Shown piece by piece: positions 56,586 through 64,000 of a DNA stretch of 64,000 nucleotides (its first letter is position 1; each line of letters begins with the position of its first letter). Origin of the DNA: Patescibacteria group bacterium (GTDB taxonomy: Bacteria > Patescibacteriota > Minisyncoccia > Phycocordibacterales > Phycocordibacteraceae); contig JAZJYZ010000001.1 in the NCBI GenBank assembly GCA_040390125.1, positions 374,402 to 438,401 on the forward strand, in the 5' to 3' direction. Made by a program: the position numbers and the translations under genes. The notes beneath the pieces are model-generated. The model ran no database searches, had not been told where the DNA came from, and saw nothing but the letters and a program-made list of their open reading frames with translations.

Positions 56586-57589
56586 TGCACCCGGCATACG
56601 CACACGTGGGGGGCAAAGCACGATACAAGGTCCTCGAGAAGAAAATCGGAGATACACCGCTTCAGGCACTTGAGGAATTGCGAAGAAAGAATGACTGGCT
56701 TCAGAGTGTCCCGCTCACGTACGCAGGCAGGCTTGATCCGATGGCGGAAGGAAAATTACTTATTCTTATAGGCGATGAATGCAAGGTGCGTGAACGGTAC
56801 GACGGACTAGATAAAGAGTATGAGTTTGAAGTGTTGCTCGGTTTTTCGAGCGATACAGGAGACGTGCTTGGCATGGCTGAAGCGAGTGGAGAAAGTTATA
56901 TAGAGCATTCAAAAAAAGAGCTGGAGCATGTCTTAAAACCCCGTCCTGCCTGCAATGCATGTCTCCGGGCTACGACACACTCGTCTCATCCTCTATGTAC
57001 TTGCAGTACATTTCGGATTCCGACTCGATGTCTCGCCTGCGGAAACATGCATCTCGGCTCGGACACCCCGGTTTTTAGACATACTCTAGAAAAAATTGCA
57101 CGCTCGTTTGTAGGCACCCATGAGCTTAACTATCCAGCGTTTTCGTCAAAGACTATAAATGGTAAACCTCTTTTCCAGCATGCACTTGAAGGTACTCTTC
57201 CGCACAATACGCCAACTACCAAGGTGCATATATATAGAATGAAGTATTTGGGGAAAGAGAGCGTAGAGAGGGGGGAGCTGATAGAGAGGATAGTCAAGAA
57301 AATAAACACACTACAGGCTCCGGCGGATTCAGGAAAAATAGGAGCGGATTTTAGAAAAAATGAAATTGTAGAGAGGTGGCATAGCTTTAAAAATGCACAG
57401 GAAAAAGGATGCACGCTCCTGAGATTTAAGGCAGTCGTGTCTTCCGGCACATATATTCGTGTCCTCGCACCCTTGATTGCCGAAAGACTAGGAACGTCAG
57501 GATTGGCATACTCTATACGCCGGACGGAGATAGGTCGCTATCGGAGCGTATTCTCGAGCTTAGGATTCTGGAGCCGGATTTTCAAATGA
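56585..57589 (+). CDS. truB: tRNA pseudouridine(55) synthase TruB-like, with 55-aa in-frame insertion
   Basis: YAGRLDPMAEG, K.Y...V.LG.SSDTGD, YPAFSS, VSSGTYIR. Confidence 0.8.
   Translation: MHPAYAHVGGKARYKVLEKKIGDTPLQALEELRRKNDWLQSVPLTYAGRLDPMAEGKLLILIGDECKVRERYDGLDKEYEFEVLLGFSSDTGDVLGMAEASGESYIEHSKKELEHVLKPRPACNACLRATTHSSHPLCTCSTFRIPTRCLACGNMHLGSDTPVFRHTLEKIARSFVGTHELNYPAFSSKTINGKPLFQHALEGTLPHNTPTTKVHIYRMKYLGKESVERGELIERIVKKINTLQAPADSGKIGADFRKNEIVERWHSFKNAQEKGCTLLRFKAVVSSGTYIRVLAPLIAERLGTSGLAYSIRRTEIGRYRSVFSSLGFWSRIFK
56921..57089. mobile_element. Palindromic MITE-like element inserted in frame in truB
   Basis: 20-bp terminal inverted repeats (17/20), CTGG/CTAG ends, nested internal hairpins. 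Confidence 0.75.
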
Positions 57590-57639
57590 CATGCCGTATC
57601 TTCAGACGTTTTGCGTTATAGTTAGGGCATAGGATTCCA

Positions 57640-58743
57640 ATGAAAACTCCTCACACACACAAAGCCAAGAAACCCGAGAAGAAGATACATTTCTTAGGGA
57701 TCTTGGGCATATCCGCTGGCTCGCTCCTCCTCCTGTATCTCGTTGGATTCATAAATATATCTAACACGACATATTCAGCACTAGAGGCAGATGCAGAAAC
57801 TGTTACCACCCCTGCCAAAAAACCAAAAGTATTAGATAAAGTTGCGTACGATGCGAAGCTCATACAGATTGCGAACTACGCAAGCTCTACCTTAGCGCTC
57901 CGCACCGCCTCATCGAGTCCGCTCTTGTGGCCCCCAAAGACCGTCTATCCGAACGCCGAAGCAATACTCCCATTCAAGCGTATCGTCGCATATTATGGAA
58001 ATTTCTATTCGAAAGGCATGGGAGTCTTGGGTGAGTACCCGAAGTCAGAGATGATACAGAAGCTGAAGGCAGAGGTAGCAGTGTGGAATGCGGCAGACCC
58101 CACGACCCCTGTCGTGCCCGCTATCAACTATATCGCCATCACTGCACAAGGATCAGCAGGCAAGGATGGAAAATACCGCCTGAGGATGCCGGATACACAG
58201 ATCGACTATGCACTTGAGCTCGCCAAAGAAGTTGAGGGGATAGTTATCCTTGATGTGCAGGTGGGCTTGAGCAACCTTCAGACGGAACTGCCCATCTACG
58301 AAAATTATTTCAAAATGCCACAAGTGCATCTTGGTATTGATCCAGAATTTGCGATGCATAACGGCGTGCGTCCTGGTAGAGTCATTGGGTCGTTTGATGC
58401 GTCTGATATAAATTACGCTATCAACTATCTCTCAAAACTTGTCAAAGATAATAACCTTCCGCCGAAAGTTCTCGTTGTACATCGATTCACTGAGGATATG
58501 GTGACAAACTATAAACAGATAAAGCCCACGCCGGAAGTACAGGTAATTATGGATATGGACGGGTGGGGCTTTGGGGCGAAGAAGTTTAATACGTATAACA
58601 CCGTCATTTATCCAGAACCAGTTCAGTTCACTGGTTTCAAACTTTTTTATAAGAATGATTTGAAACCACCTTCTACTCGCATGCTCACACCGGCGGAGAT
58701 TCTCGAATTAACCCCACAGCCCCTGTTTATTCAATATCAGTGA
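57640..58743 (+). CDS. Conserved hypothetical exported protein
   Basis: RIVAYYGN...MGVLGE, LDVQVG, HLGIDPEF, K.LVVHRF, MDGWG, GFKLFYKND. Confidence 0.8.
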   Translation: MKTPHTHKAKKPEKKIHFLGILGISAGSLLLLYLVGFINISNTTYSALEADAETVTTPAKKPKVLDKVAYDAKLIQIANYASSTLALRTASSSPLLWPPKTVYPNAEAILPFKRIVAYYGNFYSKGMGVLGEYPKSEMIQKLKAEVAVWNAADPTTPVVPAINYIAITAQGSAGKDGKYRLRMPDTQIDYALELAKEVEGIVILDVQVGLSNLQTELPIYENYFKMPQVHLGIDPEFAMHNGVRPGRVIGSFDASDINYAINYLSKLVKDNNLPPKVLVVHRFTEDMVTNYKQIKPTPEVQVIMDMDGWGFGAKKFNTYNTVIYPEPVQFTGFKLFYKNDLKPPSTRMLTPAEILELTPQPLFIQYQ

Positions 58744-58914
58744 TTTTTTGGACTTTGACGACATAGAAGAAATTTGGGTTGTGTGTAATAAAGGGCTTTC
58801 TAGAGCGTCATATTCTTAAGATCCCCTTAGAGTAGGTTACACGAGTGACGGTTGTGCGTTACTCTGTAATATGGATGCTAGTTTCATTATCATTTATATA
58901 AATCGATTAATTAT

Positions 58915-59478
58915 ATGACCCAAAGAAATATACTCATCGGAGTTGTTGTTATTGCACTCATTGCGTTAGGCGTTTGGTACTTTTCATCAAAGAATACTGC
59001 CCCTCTGGAGACAGATACTGATGTAACCGTCGATACGTCGACGACCGGCACAGATACTACTGCCACTCCAGGCACTGTTCCTGTAAAGGGAACAGGAGCT
59101 CTTAAGACGGCGTTTGCACAAGGTGGGAACTACACTTGCACACTTAATGCACTGGCTGATGACAATGGGAAGACTACGGGAACAGTCTACGCATCTGCTG
59201 GAAAAACACGCACAGACTTTCGTGCACAAGCAGCGGACGGTGTAGTAACAGAGTTACATATTATTCGTGATGGTGCATTTGCGTACACATGGGTTTCAGG
59301 TCAGGTAACTGGTACCAAGACTGCAATAACTGCCAATAGCGCATTCGTTCCTCGTCAACCATCGGGAGCGGGCATCGTTATCACTGACGAATCTTCGGTG
59401 AATTGGGATTGTCATCCATGGTTGACCGACAAATCACAATTTGTTCCACCAGTCAGTATTACGTTTATCGCAGGATAG
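58915..59478 (+). CDS. Exported hypothetical protein
   Basis: TM, Thr-rich linker, G..YTC...G.VY..GK.R.DF, WDC..W; ECF-type motif upstream. Confidence 0.75.
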   Translation: MTQRNILIGVVVIALIALGVWYFSSKNTAPLETDTDVTVDTSTTGTDTTATPGTVPVKGTGALKTAFAQGGNYTCTLNALADDNGKTTGTVYASAGKTRTDFRAQAADGVVTELHIIRDGAFAYTWVSGQVTGTKTAITANSAFVPRQPSGAGIVITDESSVNWDCHPWLTDKSQFVPPVSITFIAG

Positions 59479-59499
59479 ATTTCACGGTGATCTGATTGT

Positions 59500-59536
59500 G
59501 AACAGAAAAACCGCCCTTCGGGCGGTTTTTCTGTTC
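59500..59536. terminator. Intrinsic terminator
   Basis: GAACAGAAAAACCGCC-CTTCG-GGCGGTTTTTCTGTTC. Confidence 0.85.
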
Positions 59537-59559
59537 GGTATCTCTGATATCCTATAGAC

Positions 59560-60216
59560 ATGGAGAATTCAGTTCAAAAGCACGCAGATGCTGAGCTACA
59601 AAAAAGCGGTGCTTTAAACACTGCACGCATTCAATCACTTGGCGATAACATATTTGGCTTTGCCATGACTCTTCTCGTTTTGAATTTTCTCGTACCTGAA
59701 CTGGGACATGGAAACCCGCTGGGAGAAGAATTGCTAGCGTTGGGACTTAACTTCCTCACCTACATGATGAGCTTTATTGTGCTCGGAATTATGTGGGTGA
59801 GCCAACAGAATCAATATCATTTTATTGAGCGCTCAGACAGATTTTTCCTTTGGATAAATATTTTCTTCCTTTCATGTGTTGTGTTCGTTCCTTTTTCTAC
59901 ACACGTACTTGCACTCTACTACCAGAGCACACTTGCAGTGGTGCTCTACGGTGTTAATTTACTTGTTTGTGGAGCGCTACTGTATTTTCACTGGTCATAT
60001 GCAACAACTAATCGTCGTCTGGTTTCAGAAGACTTGGGTGAGCGGATCGTACACCTCGTTAAATTTCGTTTTCTGCTCATCATTGCGTGGGTGTCCGTCG
60101 CAGTGCTCATTTCTTTTGTCTCTATACCGGTAGCATTTTTGCTTTTTGTGCCAGGAATGATTCTCGGCATGATGCCTGCTGTGATGGATAGGCTTGCCCA
60201 TCGGTGGCTCTCCTGA
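59560..60216 (+). CDS. TMEM175 (DUF1211) family potassium channel
   Basis: RIQSLGDNIFGFAMTLLVL, SF..LG..W, N..FL..V.F.PFST. Confidence 0.85.
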   Translation: MENSVQKHADAELQKSGALNTARIQSLGDNIFGFAMTLLVLNFLVPELGHGNPLGEELLALGLNFLTYMMSFIVLGIMWVSQQNQYHFIERSDRFFLWINIFFLSCVVFVPFSTHVLALYYQSTLAVVLYGVNLLVCGALLYFHWSYATTNRRLVSEDLGERIVHLVKFRFLLIIAWVSVAVLISFVSIPVAFLLFVPGMILGMMPAVMDRLAHRWLS

Positions 60217-60270
60217 TGGCTTTTTCGGTCAATTTATGATATACTGCTAGTATTGCTCTCCTCGGACCCT

Positions 60271-60438
60271 ATGAAAAAACAACCTTTAAAGCCACTTCGT
60301 GTGAAGCCACCGTACGCACCCAAGCTGACAAAAAGTGCTATTTTGCTGTGCACATGCGGTGTTCGTTACATTAAAACTCGGACTGGCCAGACCGTTTGTA
60401 TTACGTGCCTTGTACAAGAACGCGATTTACAGAAGTAA
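60271..60438 (+). CDS. Small Cys-rich (CxC...CxxC) protein
   Basis: CTCGVRYIKTRTGQTVCITC. Confidence 0.55.
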   Translation: MKKQPLKPLRVKPPYAPKLTKSAILLCTCGVRYIKTRTGQTVCITCLVQERDLQK

Positions 60439-60457
60439 AGTCGACTCTCGAATTCTT

Positions 60458-61018
60458 ATGAAGAATGCGCTGATACTCCACTGTACTGGCGGTTCACCGG
60501 AAGGGAACTGGTATCCCTGGCTCGGTGAAAATCTGGAAGAGAGAGGATGGAAAGTGTGGGCTCCCAAGCTTCCGAAGAATGACTTTCCGGATATACGGAG
60601 GTACAACGATTTTCTTTTCTCGTCAGATTGGGAATTCAACAGCGAGTCGGTTATCATCGGCCATTCTTCAGGAGCTGTTGCGATATTGGGAATGCTTGAG
60701 CTCCTTCCAGAGGATGTCATTATCGACACTGCGATACTTGTTGGTGCCTTCAAGGACGACTTGGGGCGGGACGACCTGAAAGGTCTTTTTGAAAAACCAT
60801 TCGATTTTGAAAAAATAAAAACAAAGGCACGACGATTTACGTTCCTTCATGGCGCCGATGATCCTATCTGCCCGCTTGACGGTGCTAAATATCTGACAGA
60901 GCGATTAGAGGGCGAATTGATTGTCGTTCCCGATGCGAAACATTTTAGCCTTGGCACTGGCGGAGCACAGTTTACTAAGTTGCCGGAGATCCTTGAAATT
61001 CTGGATGAAGAAGACTAA
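60458..61018 (+). CDS. RBBP9/YdeN family alpha/beta hydrolase
   Basis: ILH..GG....NWYPWL, IGHSSG, DDP, KHF. Confidence 0.9.
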   Translation: MKNALILHCTGGSPEGNWYPWLGENLEERGWKVWAPKLPKNDFPDIRRYNDFLFSSDWEFNSESVIIGHSSGAVAILGMLELLPEDVIIDTAILVGAFKDDLGRDDLKGLFEKPFDFEKIKTKARRFTFLHGADDPICPLDGAKYLTERLEGELIVVPDAKHFSLGTGGAQFTKLPEILEILDEED

Positions 61019-61424
61019 AACAGGAATGGTATTCGGAGTGTTTGACGGATTGCACGAAGGGCATCGGTATTTTTTAGAATCAGCATCAGAGAAGTGCGAG
61101 AAATTTATTGTGGTTGTTGCACAGAACGGTGCGTCCGCAACTCTTAAGGGACGAATGCCAAAGTATTCACTTGAAGACCGCATAGAAGCAATAGAAAAAC
61201 TTAACTCCGCATGGACGGTAGTTTCTGGAGACTCTGTACAAGGAGAGTGGAATGCATTGAAAAAATATCAACCCGACGTGGTGTTTTTAGGTCATGATCA
61301 AAGTGCAGTTGCTGATGAGCTTGAAAAAATACACATATTTTTTTCATTTATAGAAGCGTATCGTCCGGAGCAGTTCAAATCGAGCATTTTGCATCAAAGT
61401 GAAGGAGTAAGTAAAGAGGATTAA
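61005..61424 (+). CDS. Cytidylyltransferase-family (FAD synthase RibL-like) protein
   Basis: FGVFDGLHEGH, KGRMP, PDVVFLGHDQ, KSS. Confidence 0.8.
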   Translation: MKKTKTGMVFGVFDGLHEGHRYFLESASEKCEKFIVVVAQNGASATLKGRMPKYSLEDRIEAIEKLNSAWTVVSGDSVQGEWNALKKYQPDVVFLGHDQSAVADELEKIHIFFSFIEAYRPEQFKSSILHQSEGVSKED

Positions 61425-61594
61425 AGTTCTTGACCTGCTATATAAAAGGAGTAGTATCTCACTAAACGGCAACAATGCTTCGCAAGGGTTCAGAATCCCT
61501 CCTCGCATATACGGTCGTTTGGCCCAAACAAAGCCTCTATAGGCTTCTAAGGGTATAGGTCGATTTTTAAAAATATTTAACTACATTTCGACAT

Positions 61595-61714
61595 ATGGGA
61601 CTTGAGCGAACGATGGGCAGAGCGAGGATATCCTTGTTTAGTTGCCCGAAATGCGGTCAAAAATTTGATGACCCATCGGAAGTTGGTGCACACGCTAGAA
61701 CTTGTACGAGCTAG
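61595..61714 (+). CDS. 39-aa single C2HC zinc-finger microprotein (not in ORF track)
   Basis: FSCPKCGQKFDDPSEVGAHARTC; promoter TTGACC(61430)-16-TAGTAT upstream, hairpins downstream. Confidence 0.6.
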   Translation: MGLERTMGRARISLFSCPKCGQKFDDPSEVGAHARTCTS

Positions 61715-61828
61715 TTTCTAAGTAACTAGATAAAAGAATAAAACCTACAAGCCCCGATTGGGGGCATCTAAAAGAAAGTAAAACTGCTAAAGGCAGTTTT
61801 TTTATTTTCCCATTGCTATACTGTATCG

Positions 61829-62788
61829 ATGAGTCTTCATACTACTGTCCAGACACTTATGCGGGATGGCAAAGGCATACTTGCTCTCGATGACAGCGTG
61901 GCGATTCTTGAGAAGCGTTTCTCTACTTTTAATATTCCTTACACAGAAGAGTCACGACGTTTGTACCGTGAAGTAGTACTCGGGGCAGTAGGGATTGAAA
62001 AGTTTTTATCGGGAGTCATTCTTTCCGAAGAAGCAATGCGACAGAGCGGGCAGGGCGGTTTAATTTTCCCAGAGCTCCTTGCTTCAAAAAATATTCTTGT
62101 TGGTGTGCATCTCGATGGAAATATTTCTGAAAACTTAGAGCAACGCATGCAGGAATACAAATCGCTTGGAGTTGTGTGTGCGAAGCGAAGCATTGAGGTT
62201 GCAGTAACGAGCGCACCTGCTGGCGAAGATTTTCATGCACGCACACGAGAGCTTGCAGACTTTGCACGTGTGTCTCAAAAAAAAGAAATCATTCCGATTA
62301 TCGGACTCCAATTAGTGCACACGGACTCTTCTACCGCTTCAGAGATGGAGGACGCCCTCATTGCACATCTGTCTTTAATTGTAGATTTTCTAAAAAAAGA
62401 GGGAATCGATCCGAAAGGGGTCATACTTGAGACGAGTATGACGTCTGGGGCTGGCGACACTCTGTCTATCACATCTCATGAAGTTGCCGAGAGGACTGTG
62501 CGTGCGCTTACTACTTCAATTCCTGAAAACATAGCAGGAGTGTTGCTTTCTGGGAGCGGAGAAACACCAGAAGTTGCTACTGCAGATCTAAATGCAATTG
62601 CTCGCTTAGAGCCGTTCCCGTGGCCTGTGGCGTTTTGTTTCTCTCGTGCTCTTCAAGAGCCCGTACTTGCCGTCTGGGAGGGAAAGAAGGAGAATGTAGC
62701 AGAGGCACAGGCAGCACTTTTTGAACGGCTTTCGCTAAATGTTCGGGCAGATGTTGGAGGGTACGGATCAGGAATGGAATCTCGTTGA
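61829..62788 (+). CDS. Class I fructose-bisphosphate aldolase homolog with degenerate active site
   Basis: GKGILALDDS, EESRR.YRE, SGVIL.EE, A..LNAI, PWP..F.FSRALQ. Confidence 0.8.
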   Translation: MSLHTTVQTLMRDGKGILALDDSVAILEKRFSTFNIPYTEESRRLYREVVLGAVGIEKFLSGVILSEEAMRQSGQGGLIFPELLASKNILVGVHLDGNISENLEQRMQEYKSLGVVCAKRSIEVAVTSAPAGEDFHARTRELADFARVSQKKEIIPIIGLQLVHTDSSTASEMEDALIAHLSLIVDFLKKEGIDPKGVILETSMTSGAGDTLSITSHEVAERTVRALTTSIPENIAGVLLSGSGETPEVATADLNAIARLEPFPWPVAFCFSRALQEPVLAVWEGKKENVAEAQAALFERLSLNVRADVGGYGSGMESR

Positions 62789-62952
62789 GTTTTGTGTTGT
62801 ATTTTGTTTTTGAGGTTTAGTTAGTTTTCTTTCAACAAGAATCGATGCTTTTGTGTGTCCCGCAAAACGGCTCTTATGGGTACTTTTGGGACGACGCCCC
62901 ACCAAAAAGTTTGACAGAAACGTTCTTTGTTACTTTTCGATTTTTATATTAA

Positions 62953-62961
62953 TTATCCACA
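62953..62961 (+). promoter_or_regulatory. Perfect DnaA box upstream of nrdA
   Basis: TTATCCACA; second degenerate box ATGTCCACA at 62981. Confidence 0.55.
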
Positions 62962-63147
62962 AGATTTTTTTAGGGTGCCGATGTCCACAGACATGTAGAA
63001 TGCTCTATACCTCCTGTGATTCCTGTTGTAATCTGTACATCCGACTTACATTTTGATTTACCGGATTCGTGAGGATCACTTCTCATCGGCGCCGTAGAAA
63101 AAACCATTAATAATTATTCCGCTCTCGGGCGGGCACATCTCTCGACC

Positions 63148-64000
63148 ATGACCACATTGCAGAAAACAAAGAAACGAAACGGAACTATAGTTGATTTCAA
63201 TAAAGAAAAGATTGTTTCTGCAGTCTCTAAGGCATTTCTTGAAGTCATTCAAGATACGCACAGCGATGAGTCGCATGCGATAGGCGAGGCTGTGGCAAGC
63301 GCACTGAAACTTCGCTATGCGGGGACCGCCTCTATCCCTTCGGTTGAGGAAATTCAAGACCTCGTGGAGCATTCGTTGATGGAGCGTTCTTACTTTGATG
63401 TCGCAAAAGCATATATCATCTACCGCTATGAGCATGCAAAGATTCGTGAAGAAAAACAGGAAGAAGTTGTAAAGAAAATTGAAGAACGAGGGCTTTTGAT
63501 TCTGAAAAGAAATGGTGAGCGAGAGATTTTTTCAATTGATAAAATTAGAAAGACAATTGAGTTCAGCGTACTTCCTGAGAATGCACGTGCAGTCGACATT
63601 GATGGATTTATTTCACAAGTACAACGCGAAGTGTATGACGGCATCTCAACAAAAGAAATTGAGCGCACACTCATCATGGTTGCACGTTCGATGATTGAAC
63701 GTGACCCTGCGTACAATCAGCTTGCTGCTCAGCTTCTTTTGAACTCGCTCTACAACGATGTTCTTCACACGGATGCAATTTCTATTGTGTCTGGTGATTT
63801 TGACACAACGTATCGTGCTGCATTCATAAAGAATGTAAAAACTGCAACTGAATTGAAACAACTCGATGAGCGAATGCTTTCGTTTGATCTTTCAAAAATT
63901 GCAGCAGCGCTTCGACCTGAGCGTGATCGCTTGCTGAAATATATTGGTGTTGCAACACTCTCTGACCGCTACCTCATTCACAGCAGAGAAAACAAACAAC
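63148..64000 (+). CDS. nrdA: Class I ribonucleotide reductase alpha subunit with tandem ATP cones (runs off window)
   Basis: MTTLQKTKKRNGTIVDF..KI, SVEEIQDLVE, VAKAYIIYR, second cone LKRNGERE.F..DKI, IERDPAY, TLSDRYL. Confidence 0.85.
   Translation, partial: MTTLQKTKKRNGTIVDFNKEKIVSAVSKAFLEVIQDTHSDESHAIGEAVASALKLRYAGTASIPSVEEIQDLVEHSLMERSYFDVAKAYIIYRYEHAKIREEKQEEVVKKIEERGLLILKRNGEREIFSIDKIRKTIEFSVLPENARAVDIDGFISQVQREVYDGISTKEIERTLIMVARSMIERDPAYNQLAAQLLLNSLYNDVLHTDAISIVSGDFDTTYRAAFIKNVKTATELKQLDERMLSFDLSKIAAALRPERDRLLKYIGVATLSDRYLIHSRENKQ

Noticed and set aside
56921-57089. Intein or group I/II intron in truB
   Set aside because: No intein termini (C/S...HN) and far too short for self-splicing intron cores; terminal inverted repeats explain it better
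61464-61520. tRNA gene or pseudogene
   Set aside because: Only a T-arm-like motif with an extra base; no D arm or anticodon arm
1-64000. Alternative genetic code (UGA recoding as in Gracilibacteria/SR1)
   Set aside because: Conserved genes such as ahpC, pyrE-adjacent dus and dnaX end at TGA at expected lengths, and no core gene is interrupted

Overview
A 64-kb chromosomal segment of a small-genome bacterium, most likely Patescibacteria/CPR (Parcubacteria-like). The assignment is inferred from CPR-type pilin and Cys-motif exported proteins, compact leaderless genes, a short RelA and tRNA genes without encoded CCA. Housekeeping genes (miaA, parB, relA, topA, dprA, serS, ftsQ-like, dus, dnaX, truB, rluF-like, nrdA) are mixed with accessory blocks. 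These are: a pyrE-pyrD/deaminase/argH/AsnA-like patch; a tRNA-Gln-anchored variable region; an ECF-sigma/MacAB-like module; a type II R-M pair; and a B12 module (nrdJ-pduO-DUF4430-DUF6580) divergent from arsR-nirK. Three non-annotated signals stand out. (1) A conserved, structured 160-200 nt element directly follows both tRNA genes. Each copy carries a hairpin-interrupted antisense copy of its own tRNA's 3' end and ends in a duplicated tRNA 3' end; at tRNA-Gln further copies of that end delimit successive gene cassettes, with no integrase in the window. (2) About ten 7-nt-period arrays occur at gene boundaries and in frame inside miaA and topA. (3) A 165-bp palindromic element is inserted in frame in truB. 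All calls come from reading the sequence by eye; no database searches were run.
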